From contig JAFZET010000279.1 of the NCBI GenBank assembly GCA_017560565.1, forward strand, positions 1 through 41,652: 41,652 bases of DNA, in the 5' to 3' direction. Positions 25,388 through 33,735 of this stretch are shown in pieces. The notes under the pieces are model-generated. The model was not told where the DNA came from and made no database searches. It worked only from the letters and a program-made list of their open reading frames with translations. The position numbers were made by a program, and so were the translations under genes. This DNA is from Clostridia bacterium (GTDB taxonomy: Bacteria > Bacillota > Clostridia > Oscillospirales > CAG-272). Numbering within the stretch: position 1 is the first letter of the stretch; the number at the start of each line of letters is the position of its first letter.

Positions 25388-26842
25388 TCAGTCCTTGTGT
25401 TCGTCAAAGAATGCCTGCAGTTTTTCCACGTGTGCAATCTGAGCGGATTCGTTTTTGGCGGCCCATGAAGCCACATCCGTACCGGGTGTTCCCTTGGCAA
25501 ACAGATCTTCAAACATGATGTTGTATGCGCTCTTGTATTCGCCGAACAGGTAAGTGAAGCTGATGATCACATTGTCATGGATCAGTTCCATCATAGCTGC
25601 ATCGTCGGTCTGGTCGGCATAACGGCTCTTCATAGCGGTTTCATAATACGCCGGGAATACCTTTTTGTAACCTTCGGCGTTCAGCGCTTCGGTGATCAGA
25701 CCGGTGGTATCCAGATGCGCCTGCGCTGTAATCGGAATAGCCAGAGGTCTGTCGGTAGAGCCGCCGTAGTAGCCGTCCTGCTGTTCATCCAGCTTGGGCA
25801 TAGGCAGGATACCGTACACCACATCGCCGTAACTGAATTTGGTAATGGCATCGGAGAAGTTGGTATAAATGAACATGGCGTTCCCGCGGGTAAACACATC
25901 GTGGGAGTTGTAGTCCACGTCATCGTTCATGTACCCGCCGGTACCGAACATCAGGGCGTACATCTTTTCCGTCAGCTTCATCATTCTGTCCAGATCAAAG
26001 CTGTAGAACAGGTTGCCGTCCGCATCTCTCTGGTAAGGTTCCAGACGGAAGGGTTCCATAACCGCATAGAAGTGGTCCCAGGAAATGTAGCCGAACTTGT
26101 CGTCCAGATCCTTCACCCCGTTGCCGTTGGTGTCCACATATCCCTGATCCACCAGAACCTGCATGGAATCCAGCGTCCAGGTGCCTTCGTATACCTGTCC
26201 GTAGGGGAATTCCAGCCCCATATCCGTCATCATTTCCTTGTTGAAGAACATAACACGGGTGGAGGCAAGGTTATTGTAGGAAATGTTGTTGAACATCATG
26301 TACATCTGTCCGGCAACGGTCATGGATTCGGTAGTCGCAACCGGCCACCAGGGCTTGTCGAAGTTCAGATGAGGCACATCGTACAGATTATAGAACATCC
26401 CCAACATAGATGCCTGCGCCATACTGATGTCGTGTCCCTGCGCCACATCAAAAGCATCGTCCCCTGCCAGAATGCTCTTTTTGATGGCTTCCGTATTGTC
26501 ATCTTCCACAGCCAGCTCGGACTGCGTGATATCCGCATTGAACCGTTCTTCCACCGCAATCAGCTTGTTGTACACCGCATCGTTGATGATCTCCCCGTTC
26601 AGCTCCTCCACCCAGGTCTGCGCCACCCGTTCCGCCTCCCCGTTGATGCACATCACGTAGTTATAGCCTTCCAAATCGGCCTGCGGCAGATCGTCCGGAA
26701 TTTCGGTTTCTGCAGGTTCGTTTTCCACGGCAGAGGTATCGGCGTTCTGTGTATCCCCGTTTTCCGCTGTCTCCGCATTCCCGCAGGATGTTGCCAGCAG
26801 CAGCGCCGCCAGCAGCATGGCAAGCAGTTTCTTTGTATGCAT
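25388..26842 (-). CDS. Large extracellular solute-binding lipoprotein (likely ABC SBP, sugar type), paralog 2
   Basis: MHTKKLLAMLLAALLLATSC carries a lipobox. AAAGGAG 7 nt upstream supports the ATG at 26842 rather than the track start at 26965. It is a paralog of 22179..23681. Confidence 0.65.
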   Translation of the reverse strand: MHTKKLLAMLLAALLLATSCGNAETAENGDTQNADTSAVENEPAETEIPDDLPQADLEGYNYVMCINGEAERVAQTWVEELNGEIINDAVYNKLIAVEERFNADITQSELAVEDDNTEAIKKSILAGDDAFDVAQGHDISMAQASMLGMFYNLYDVPHLNFDKPWWPVATTESMTVAGQMYMMFNNISYNNLASTRVMFFNKEMMTDMGLEFPYGQVYEGTWTLDSMQVLVDQGYVDTNGNGVKDLDDKFGYISWDHFYAVMEPFRLEPYQRDADGNLFYSFDLDRMMKLTEKMYALMFGTGGYMNDDVDYNSHDVFTRGNAMFIYTNFSDAITKFSYGDVVYGILPMPKLDEQQDGYYGGSTDRPLAIPITAQAHLDTTGLITEALNAEGYKKVFPAYYETAMKSRYADQTDDAAMMELIHDNVIISFTYLFGEYKSAYNIMFEDLFAKGTPGTDVASWAAKNESAQIAHVEKLQAFFDEHKD

Positions 26843-26881
26843 AAGTTTGCTCCTTTTCATGATTCGGTAAATGTTACATAC

Positions 26882-26910
26882 AGTATAGTATAAACCCACT
26901 GAAAATGCAA
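26882..26910 (-). promoter_or_regulatory. Sigma-A-type promoter for the SBP/enzyme/SBP/NTase operon
   Basis: Minus strand reads TTGCAT (26910-26905), a 17-nt spacer, then TATACT (26887-26882). Confidence 0.55.
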
Positions 26911-27011
26911 TAGATTTCCGAAAAATCGTATTCTTTACTGAATATAAAGCCGCCACGCCCGTCAAATTGAAAAAATCAACCGTGGGTTTAACCGCATAAC
27001 GCCGCAGGTTC

Positions 27012-27040
27012 TTGTATCTGTCCGCAAAATAAGGTATACT
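27012..27040 (+). promoter_or_regulatory. Sigma-A-type promoter for the XRE regulator
   Basis: TTGTAT (27012-27017), a 17-nt spacer, then TATACT (27035-27040). Confidence 0.55.
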
Positions 27041-27085
27041 GAATCCGAAAGCCGGGCCCGCTTACCTTATTACTCGGAGGAAATT

Positions 27086-28171
27086 ATGTTATCTTTACAA
27101 ATCGGCGACACGATCAGACGGCTGCGCAGAGAGAAAAATGTCACGCAGGAACAGCTTGCAGAGGTACTCCATATCAGCACACAGGCAGTTTCCAAGTGGG
27201 AGAGGAACGAAACCTATCCCGACATCACCATGCTTCTGCCGCTTGCCTCCTTTTTTGGTGTCACAACAGATGAACTGCTTGGCGTGGATGCGGCAAAAAC
27301 CGAGGAAGAAATTCAGAAATATCTCAAAATGCATTGGGATGCTGTAAAACAAAACACATATAATGAAGCCGGTAAAATCATCCGGGAAGCCTACACCAGC
27401 TATCCAAATGATTTCCGCATTCTCTGCCAGTATATGTGGGATCTTGCAGGCGGCAATACGGACAATGATCCCATTCTCATAGAACACCATGAAGAACTGG
27501 ACACGCTCAGCCGCCGGATTCTGGAGGAATGTACAGACGACCGGATCCGCCGCGGTGCCATGGATATGCAGGCAAAGCTCTGCAAGGTCAGGGGAGATAT
27601 CGAAGGTGCCATGACAATTCTGAACCGGTTTCCCACATGGTACGGCGAGACCCGCGGGCAGAAAGCAGAACAGCTTTATGCAAAAAAGACGGACGGATGG
27701 TGGTACTGGCTCCACCGCAATATCTTTGATCTGACAGAATTTGCTGCCGACAAAATCGGCAAAGCCATCTGGTACAGCGAAAAATCTTTTGCTGAAAAAA
27801 TGGCAGCAGTCCGCATGATGGCGTCAGAACTGGAAAAACTGGTTGACCTGACCGACTGGAAACCGGGGTACCGTCATATCGCACTGGTCTACAGCACAGC
27901 CGCCAACCGGGCATTACAGGAAGACGAATACGACATCGCCGTGGAAAACTTCCGCCTGTATCTGTTGTGGGCAAACCGTTTTGATCAGTACCGCAGCAGT
28001 GGTGAGCCGTTTGCCACCATGCCTCCTGCCGTCCTGCAGGATATGATGGAAGGCTGGGCGGATGCCGATGGGATGGTCAAGCGGATCCTGCCGCTGCTGG
28101 AAACATCATCCCTGTATGCCCCTTTACGGGAAAGAGAAGATTTCCGCTCCCTCCTGGAACAATACCGCTGA
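27086..28171 (+). CDS. XRE-family HTH transcriptional regulator with a long helical (TPR-like) C-terminal domain
   Basis: IGDTIRRLRREKNVTQEQLAEVLHISTQAVSKWERNETYPDITMLLPLASFFGVTTDELLG is a classic HTH_3. It is followed by ~290 aa of helical repeats. RBS GGAGG lies upstream. Confidence 0.85.
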   Translation: MLSLQIGDTIRRLRREKNVTQEQLAEVLHISTQAVSKWERNETYPDITMLLPLASFFGVTTDELLGVDAAKTEEEIQKYLKMHWDAVKQNTYNEAGKIIREAYTSYPNDFRILCQYMWDLAGGNTDNDPILIEHHEELDTLSRRILEECTDDRIRRGAMDMQAKLCKVRGDIEGAMTILNRFPTWYGETRGQKAEQLYAKKTDGWWYWLHRNIFDLTEFAADKIGKAIWYSEKSFAEKMAAVRMMASELEKLVDLTDWKPGYRHIALVYSTAANRALQEDEYDIAVENFRLYLLWANRFDQYRSSGEPFATMPPAVLQDMMEGWADADGMVKRILPLLETSSLYAPLREREDFRSLLEQYR

Positions 28172-28179
28172 ACACCAAA

Positions 28180-28218
28180 AAGACCTGCCCATTTTCGTGA
28201 GCAGGTCTTCTCTTTTTT
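28180..28218. terminator. Bidirectional intrinsic terminator (XRE gene / GH36 paralog 1)
   Basis: AAGACCTGC (28180-28188) pairs with GCAGGTCTT (28201-28209). A T-run lies at 28213-28218 and an A-run upstream. It overlaps the GH36 stop codon. Confidence 0.75.
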
Positions 28219-30151
28219 ACAGCAGATCCAGAATCCGCACTTTTTTCTTTTCTCTGGAACCGATACCGGTATACCGTTCGGTTTCCCCCAGCAGAATATA
28301 GGCTCCCTCATCCGGATCCTCTTTGCTGCAGTCAAAATCGGCAGCATCAAAATCCGTTTCCCGGTACACCGGATACAGTGACCAGCACCGCACGCCGTCT
28401 GCTTCCAGCGTCAGGGTTTCCTCAGAGGCAAAATGCACTCTGGTGAACTTCTTCGTGAAGTATTCGTAAGCAATATATTCCACATCCTTGGGCATACCCG
28501 GAATCACATCGAATGTGAAGGTTTCCGTGATCTCCCGCCGACTTACGTTGAATGCAGCCAGCACCAGCGCATCGCCCTTCCGGTTGAAGGTCTTGAGAAT
28601 TTTCCCTTCCGCTTCACAGTTGGTGTAAATGCAGTCCAGCGTTGGCATGGCGGCGTTGTCCAGACGGCACAGATCGCCGTTTGTCCCGCAGACCGGCAGG
28701 ACCCCATCCAGTGAAGTTTCCCCAACCTTGTCGCTGACATACACCGTCCCGCCGGATACCGCACGGAGTACACCGCTCTGCACAGGCGCCGAATTGCCGG
28801 ACCACCACATATCGTAGTCGCAGTGATGGATCTGGGAATGCCACAGGGCACAGTACAGATTCTGCTGGATATGCTTGGCAAAGCCGTTTTCTCTGTCCGG
28901 GAAGAAGTCGTCACTGTTTCTGGATACGGCAGAATACGGTCTTGCCAGCACGTTTTCCATATCCATACCCATACAGTCGATGACCACACCGCCGAAGTGC
29001 TTGTTTATGGAGCGTTCGATGGCTTCGTGGGCGTGTCTTGCTCCCTCGGTGGTGGAAACGGTGCCTGCCAGATAATTGTGGGTGGAGCTCTGGTTGTCCA
29101 CCTTTACAAAGTCCACACCGCAGTCCGCCAGATACCCGTGCCATGCATCCCAGAACAGGAACGCCTTGTCGGGATCATCGGAAGGAATGAGCATACCGGT
29201 TTTGGTCATCATCAGGCTGTCCGCATAGGTTTTAGCCAGCTCGGAATCCGGATCCACACCCTGCCAGTAGCCGTTGAAGGCGTGCCATACACCCACCTTG
29301 GGAATACCGTACTCTTCCTTGATCTTCCGCACGCATTCCTTCAGCCCTTCCGGGAATTTCACGGGATCGGCGGGAAAATCCACCAGTTTGCCGTCCTTAT
29401 AGGTGGACCAGCCGTCATCAATGATGATCCACTTTACAGGTACGTTCTTTTCTTTGAACTCATCCAGCTTGGAGTACAGCTTTTCCGAGGTAACTTCCTG
29501 ATAGAAAGCATTCCAGCTGCACCAGCCGAAATCTTCAAACAGAGCCGGATATTCCCTCTCCCCACGCAGGGGAACCCGGATAGCGCCTGTTTCTTTGGCA
29601 AATTTATAGTTGTTTTCCACTGCCAGAACAGGATCGGTGGAAACGGTTACAGTCAGGAACGTACCGTGGAATGCGGTAAACCCGTCGCATCCTGCGTCCA
29701 GATGGAGACCCTGGGCATCGGCTTCACAGCGGAAAATATCCCCGGTCAGCGGTTCTGCGGAATAGTGGAGCATCCCTTTTTTCAAAAGGAAATGCTGGGT
29801 CTTTGGCTGCACATCCGCCTGAGATTTCGGCCAGCCGCAGTACATCCACCAAGGCGTGTCGTGATGGATCTCCAGTGCCTCATCCGCAGTCCCCGGATCA
29901 ATCTGCATGGTCAGTGCCCGTCCGGCAAGAGGGGATTCCGAGGTCAGATCCGCCGTAAACAGCACAGAACCGTCCCGGTACTGCGCCGTGATCTGCACCT
30001 GTATGCCATCCCCGGCCGCATACCACTTCACCGTTTCCCCGCCATCGTCCACTGCAGGGATAAAGCCGATCTTTCTGCCGTCTGCCAGAGAAACAGTCAT
30101 CCCCAGCCCGCACAGAAAACTGTCTGCGATATATTCAATGATCTTCTGCAT
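28217..30151 (-). CDS. GH36 alpha-galactosidase, raffinose-synthase/Sip1-like subgroup, paralog 1
   Basis: FGWCSWNAFY, VKWIIIDDGW, VDFVKVDNQ (nucleophile context) and SRNSDDFFP (acid/base context) are present. There is no signal peptide. RBS GGGAGGA lies upstream. Confidence 0.8.
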   Translation of the reverse strand: MQKIIEYIADSFLCGLGMTVSLADGRKIGFIPAVDDGGETVKWYAAGDGIQVQITAQYRDGSVLFTADLTSESPLAGRALTMQIDPGTADEALEIHHDTPWWMYCGWPKSQADVQPKTQHFLLKKGMLHYSAEPLTGDIFRCEADAQGLHLDAGCDGFTAFHGTFLTVTVSTDPVLAVENNYKFAKETGAIRVPLRGEREYPALFEDFGWCSWNAFYQEVTSEKLYSKLDEFKEKNVPVKWIIIDDGWSTYKDGKLVDFPADPVKFPEGLKECVRKIKEEYGIPKVGVWHAFNGYWQGVDPDSELAKTYADSLMMTKTGMLIPSDDPDKAFLFWDAWHGYLADCGVDFVKVDNQSSTHNYLAGTVSTTEGARHAHEAIERSINKHFGGVVIDCMGMDMENVLARPYSAVSRNSDDFFPDRENGFAKHIQQNLYCALWHSQIHHCDYDMWWSGNSAPVQSGVLRAVSGGTVYVSDKVGETSLDGVLPVCGTNGDLCRLDNAAMPTLDCIYTNCEAEGKILKTFNRKGDALVLAAFNVSRREITETFTFDVIPGMPKDVEYIAYEYFTKKFTRVHFASEETLTLEADGVRCWSLYPVYRETDFDAADFDCSKEDPDEGAYILLGETERYTGIGSREKKKVRILDLL

Positions 30152-30193
30152 AAAAATCCTCCCGTCATCCGGATTGTATCCTGATTTTTCTTT

Positions 30194-30222
30194 ATTGTAG
30201 CAAATGCGCCCGGAATTGTCAA
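30194..30222 (-). promoter_or_regulatory. Near-consensus sigma-A promoter for GH36 paralog 1
   Basis: Minus strand reads TTGACA (30222-30217), a 17-nt spacer, then TACAAT (30199-30194). Confidence 0.65.
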
Positions 30223-30231
30223 CAGCCGCAC

Positions 30232-32103
30232 TTACAAAACATCCCGTAGCAGCACTTTTCTCCTATCCGGCACACCGATACCCACATATCTTTCCGTGTC
30301 ACCGGTCAGGATGTACTTTTCCCCGTTCTCCTCATATACCGGATACAGGGACCAGCACCGCACACCATCCTCCGGCAGGGTCAGCGTGATTGCGGTCTCT
30401 GCCTGTACCAGCCGGTATTCTTTAGTGAAGAATTCGTAAGCGGCATATTCACCTGTCAGTCCCGGTACCACATCCAAAGAGAAAGTTTCCGTAATCTCCC
30501 TTCTGCTGATATTGAATACCGCCAGGGCAAAGGCATCGTCTTTCCGGTTCCACGCTTTCATCAGCCGCCCGGCAGCTTCACAGTCCACATACAGACAGTC
30601 CGCCGTGGGCATCGCCGCCTGATCCATCCGGTAAATCAGACCATCCGCCCCGACCACAGGCAGTACACCGTTTCTGTCCGTTTCACCGATCTTGTCACTG
30701 ACATACACCGGTCCGCCGGAAATGGCACGGAGCACCCCGCTCTGCACAGGTGCCGCTTTTCCCGACCACCACATATCAAAGTCGCAGTGATACAGCTTGT
30801 CATGCCACAGAGCACAATACAGATTCTGCTTGATATGCTGCGCAAAGCCGTTTTCCTTCTGGGGATAGAAATCGTCACTGTTTCTGGCAATCCCGGATGC
30901 CGGTCTGGCAAGTACGTTTTCCATATCCATGCCCATACAGTTGATTACCACGCCGCCGAAATGCTTTTCTATGGATTTTTCCAGTACCGCATGAGCTCTT
31001 ACCGCCCCTGCTGTGGTGGAAACGGTTCCCGCCAAATACTTATGGGTGGAGCTCTGATTGTCCACCTTCACAAAATCCACGCCGCAGGAAGCCAGATACC
31101 CATGCCACCCGTCCCAGAACCGGATCGCCTTTTCCGGATCGTCATGGGGCACAAGCAGTCCGGTTTCCGTCAGCATCAAAGCATCCGCATACGCCTTTGA
31201 CGCAGGAGAGCCGGGCTCTACACCGTCCCAATAGGCATTGAAGGTATGCCATACCCCCACCTGCTCTATGCCAAATTCTTCCTTGCACCGCCGGATACAG
31301 CCAGCCAGTCCTTCCGGGAACTTGACCGGATCGGCAGGAAAATCCACCAGCAGCCGTTCATGGAAGGTTGACCAGCCTGCATCAATGATGATCCAGTGCA
31401 CCGGTACATTCTTTTCCCGGAATTCCCGCAGTTTTTCATAGATTTTCTCCGCTGTCACCTCTTTATAGAATGCATCCCAGGTGCACCAGCCGAATTTCTC
31501 AAAGATCGCCGGATATGCCCGTTCTCCCCGGAGCGGCACCCGGATCCCGCCGTTTTCTCTGGCAAACCGATAGTTTTCCTCCACCGCCGCAAAAGGATCA
31601 CTGCTTTCCGTCACCGTCAGGAACGCACCATGGAAAGCCGTGAATCCGCCGCATCCGCTGTCCAGATGAAGTCCTTCCCCATCGGCTTCACACCGGAACA
31701 CATCTCCCGTCAGCGGCACAATACTGATATGCCGTCCCTCCTTCTGCAGAAGGAAGTTCTGTGTTTTCGGCTGCAGATCCTCTGCTTTTTCCGGCCAGCC
31801 GCACATCATCCACCAGGGACCGTAATGATGGCTGTCCAGCACCGCTTCCGTCCCGGAAAGATCCAGCCCGAAGGTCAGAGCACGACCGGCAAGGGGATGC
31901 GCAGAGGTCAGCTCCACGGTGAACAAAACAGATTTTTCCGTTTCCGATGCCGCTATCCGCAGCTTTACGCCTTCTTCATCGGCACACCATACACCGCCGT
32001 TCTGCACCGGTGCCAAAGATATAGTCCTTTCATCCGCCAGATGTACCCGGCATTCCAGCCCTCTGCAAAACCCTTCTGCTATGTATTCTGTCAGCTTATT
32101 CAT
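30232..32103 (-). CDS. GH36 alpha-galactosidase-like protein, paralog 2 (DDGW motif changed to DAGW)
   Basis: The motifs match paralog 1 (FGWCTWDAFY, VDFVKVDNQ, ARNSDDFYP), but the protein reads VHWIIIDAGW. The Ala codon GCA is at 31378-31380 on the minus strand. Confidence 0.8.
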   Translation of the reverse strand: MNKLTEYIAEGFCRGLECRVHLADERTISLAPVQNGGVWCADEEGVKLRIAASETEKSVLFTVELTSAHPLAGRALTFGLDLSGTEAVLDSHHYGPWWMMCGWPEKAEDLQPKTQNFLLQKEGRHISIVPLTGDVFRCEADGEGLHLDSGCGGFTAFHGAFLTVTESSDPFAAVEENYRFARENGGIRVPLRGERAYPAIFEKFGWCTWDAFYKEVTAEKIYEKLREFREKNVPVHWIIIDAGWSTFHERLLVDFPADPVKFPEGLAGCIRRCKEEFGIEQVGVWHTFNAYWDGVEPGSPASKAYADALMLTETGLLVPHDDPEKAIRFWDGWHGYLASCGVDFVKVDNQSSTHKYLAGTVSTTAGAVRAHAVLEKSIEKHFGGVVINCMGMDMENVLARPASGIARNSDDFYPQKENGFAQHIKQNLYCALWHDKLYHCDFDMWWSGKAAPVQSGVLRAISGGPVYVSDKIGETDRNGVLPVVGADGLIYRMDQAAMPTADCLYVDCEAAGRLMKAWNRKDDAFALAVFNISRREITETFSLDVVPGLTGEYAAYEFFTKEYRLVQAETAITLTLPEDGVRCWSLYPVYEENGEKYILTGDTERYVGIGVPDRRKVLLRDVL

Positions 32104-32141
32104 ACGCCCTCTCCATTCCCGGATGATTTCTTCTTACCTGT

Positions 32142-32170
32142 ATTGTAACAGACATGACACCCATTGTCAA
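32142..32170 (-). promoter_or_regulatory. Near-consensus sigma-A promoter for GH36 paralog 2
   Basis: Minus strand reads TTGACA (32170-32165), a 17-nt spacer, then TACAAT (32147-32142). The architecture is the same as the paralog 1 promoter. Confidence 0.65.
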
Positions 32171-32172
32171 CC

Positions 32173-32206
32173 AAAAAACATCCCCCGGCTTCTCACCGAA
32201 GGATGT
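32173..32206 (-). terminator. Probable intrinsic terminator after the CNNM gene
   Basis: The minus strand stem CATCCTTC...GGGGGATG is about 8 bp including two G-U pairs. It is followed by TTTTTT. Confidence 0.45.
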
Positions 32207-32215
32207 CTTCGCATA

Positions 32216-33505
32216 TTATTCATCCGATTCTTCTTTTTCATCCTCTTCATCATCCGGCAGAAGATGTCTCCGGACTTCCGCAAAAGCGATGCGCCGTTCT
32301 TCGATCTCCGTCACCGCCACGGTCAGATGGGCAAAGAGGAAACTGTCTCCCAGACCGGGAACCTTGCCCAGCTGTTCCATGATCCAGCCACCCATGGAGA
32401 CACAATCCGACTGGGCTTCCAGACCGAAAAATTCACAGAAATCCTCAAAGTTCACGGAACAGTCCACACGGTACACCGCACCATCTTCATCCTCGTACAG
32501 AAGCTGGAAATCTTCCACCACTTCGTCATGCTCATCCCAGATATCTCCGACGATCTCTTCCAGAATATCCTCCATAGTCACGATCCCCAGGGTTCCGCCG
32601 TAGTCATCCATAACGATGGCCATGTGGGATTTATGATTCTGCAGTACCTTCAGAAGATCATGGATCTGCTCACCCTTATGGATAAACAGAGGCGGTGTGA
32701 GCACATCTTCCAGCGCACCGGTACGTTCATGGAGATATTTATAAAAGGTTTTCTGATGAAGAACCCCCACAATATGATCCAGATCATCATCGTACACCAG
32801 CATCCGGGAGTACGGAGACTCCGCAAACAGTGCCGTGATCTCCTCCAGAGGCATATCTTTCTCAATCCCCTCCAGATCCACACGGGGCGTCAGGATATCC
32901 TCTGCCGTTCTGTCGGTGAATTCAATGATGTTGCGAAGCAGATCCCCTTCGTCCGTATCGATGGTACCGCCTTCTTCCACCTCATCCACCAGCATCAGCA
33001 GTTCTTCCTGGCTCAGGGTATCGTCTTTTTCCACATTCAGCAGTTTTTCCAGCAGCTTTTTCCACAAACCGAATATCCAGTTAAAAGGAGTAAGCACCAG
33101 CATAAGCAGCCGGATGATCGGTGTGGAAAACATGGCAAACGATTCCGGCACATCCTTGGCAATGCTTTTGGGAGAAATTTCTCCGAAAATCAGCACCACC
33201 ACCGTAATGACAGCCGTGGCAATCGCTGCGCCCCGCTCCTCACCGAACAGATGGATAAACAGTATCGTTCCCAGAGAGGACAACAAAATATTCACGATGT
33301 TGTTCCCGATGAGGATGGTGGAAATCAGATTTTCGTATTTATCACTCAGTTTCAGCGTCAGTGCAGCCCGGCGGTTTCCTTTTTCCGCCATGGTGCGCAT
33401 TTTGGTTTTATTCATCGAGAGAAATGCCGTTTCGGTAGCCGAAAAAAATGCCGACATAACAATGCAGCAAAGCATGATGATTAGTATCGGTATATGGTCT
33501 TCCAT
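32216..33505 (-). CDS. CNNM/DUF21-CBS-CorC_HlyC family transporter (hemolysin-family, putative divalent-cation efflux)
   Basis: The N-terminal DUF21 TM domain reads FFSATETAFLS...ILIGNN...GEISPKSIAK. A CBS pair follows (IMTPRV-like ILTPRVD, VYDDDLDHIVGVLH, AIVMDDYGGTLGIVTMEDILEEIVG), then a CorC_HlyC tail. Confidence 0.9.
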   Translation of the reverse strand: MEDHIPILIIMLCCIVMSAFFSATETAFLSMNKTKMRTMAEKGNRRAALTLKLSDKYENLISTILIGNNIVNILLSSLGTILFIHLFGEERGAAIATAVITVVVLIFGEISPKSIAKDVPESFAMFSTPIIRLLMLVLTPFNWIFGLWKKLLEKLLNVEKDDTLSQEELLMLVDEVEEGGTIDTDEGDLLRNIIEFTDRTAEDILTPRVDLEGIEKDMPLEEITALFAESPYSRMLVYDDDLDHIVGVLHQKTFYKYLHERTGALEDVLTPPLFIHKGEQIHDLLKVLQNHKSHMAIVMDDYGGTLGIVTMEDILEEIVGDIWDEHDEVVEDFQLLYEDEDGAVYRVDCSVNFEDFCEFFGLEAQSDCVSMGGWIMEQLGKVPGLGDSFLFAHLTVAVTEIEERRIAFAEVRRHLLPDDEEDEKEESDE

Positions 33506-33546
33506 GATCCTTCTTTCCTTGTTACGAATTTGAAATGATTTTTTCC

Positions 33547-33575
33547 ATTATACCAAAACTTTCCCTGCAAGTCAA
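33547..33575 (-). promoter_or_regulatory. Sigma-A promoter for the CNNM gene
   Basis: Minus strand reads TTGACT (33575-33570), a 17-nt spacer, then TATAAT (33552-33547) with TGg extended -10. This leaves a 5' UTR of only ~35 nt. Confidence 0.7.
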
Positions 33576-33631
33576 TAACCTGAGCGGATTTGTTCCCCGA
33601 AATGGGAAAAGCCCCCGGATTTCTCCGAAGG

Positions 33632-33728
33632 CTTAAGTAAACGCTGATTTAAGGTTGTTTTTGCCCAAAAAGTCCATAAAATCAAGCCTTTTCGGGCCAA
33701 AACTCGAGTTATTCAGCGTTAACTTAAG
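33632..33728. repeat. 97-nt extended imperfect hairpin (inverted repeat)
   Basis: CTTAAGTAAACGCTGA (33632-33647) pairs with TCAGCGTTAACTTAAG (33713-33728), 15 of 16 positions. An inner stem, TTGCCCAAAAAG with CTTTTCGGGCCAA, contains bulges. No U-run follows on either strand. Confidence 0.6.
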
Positions 33729-33735
33729 GTATTGC

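Noticed and set aside
28172-28216. A search for an RRNPP-type signalling-peptide sORF next to the XRE-TPR regulator.
   Set aside because: The gap is fully occupied by a bidirectional terminator, and no short ORF with an RBS is visible on either side.
33506-33735. A possible Mg2+/M-box-type riboswitch upstream of the CNNM/CorC transporter.
   Set aside because: A strong promoter (33547-33575) leaves a 5' UTR of only ~35 nt. The large hairpin lies upstream of the -35, so it would not be in the CNNM leader. I recognised no M-box core.
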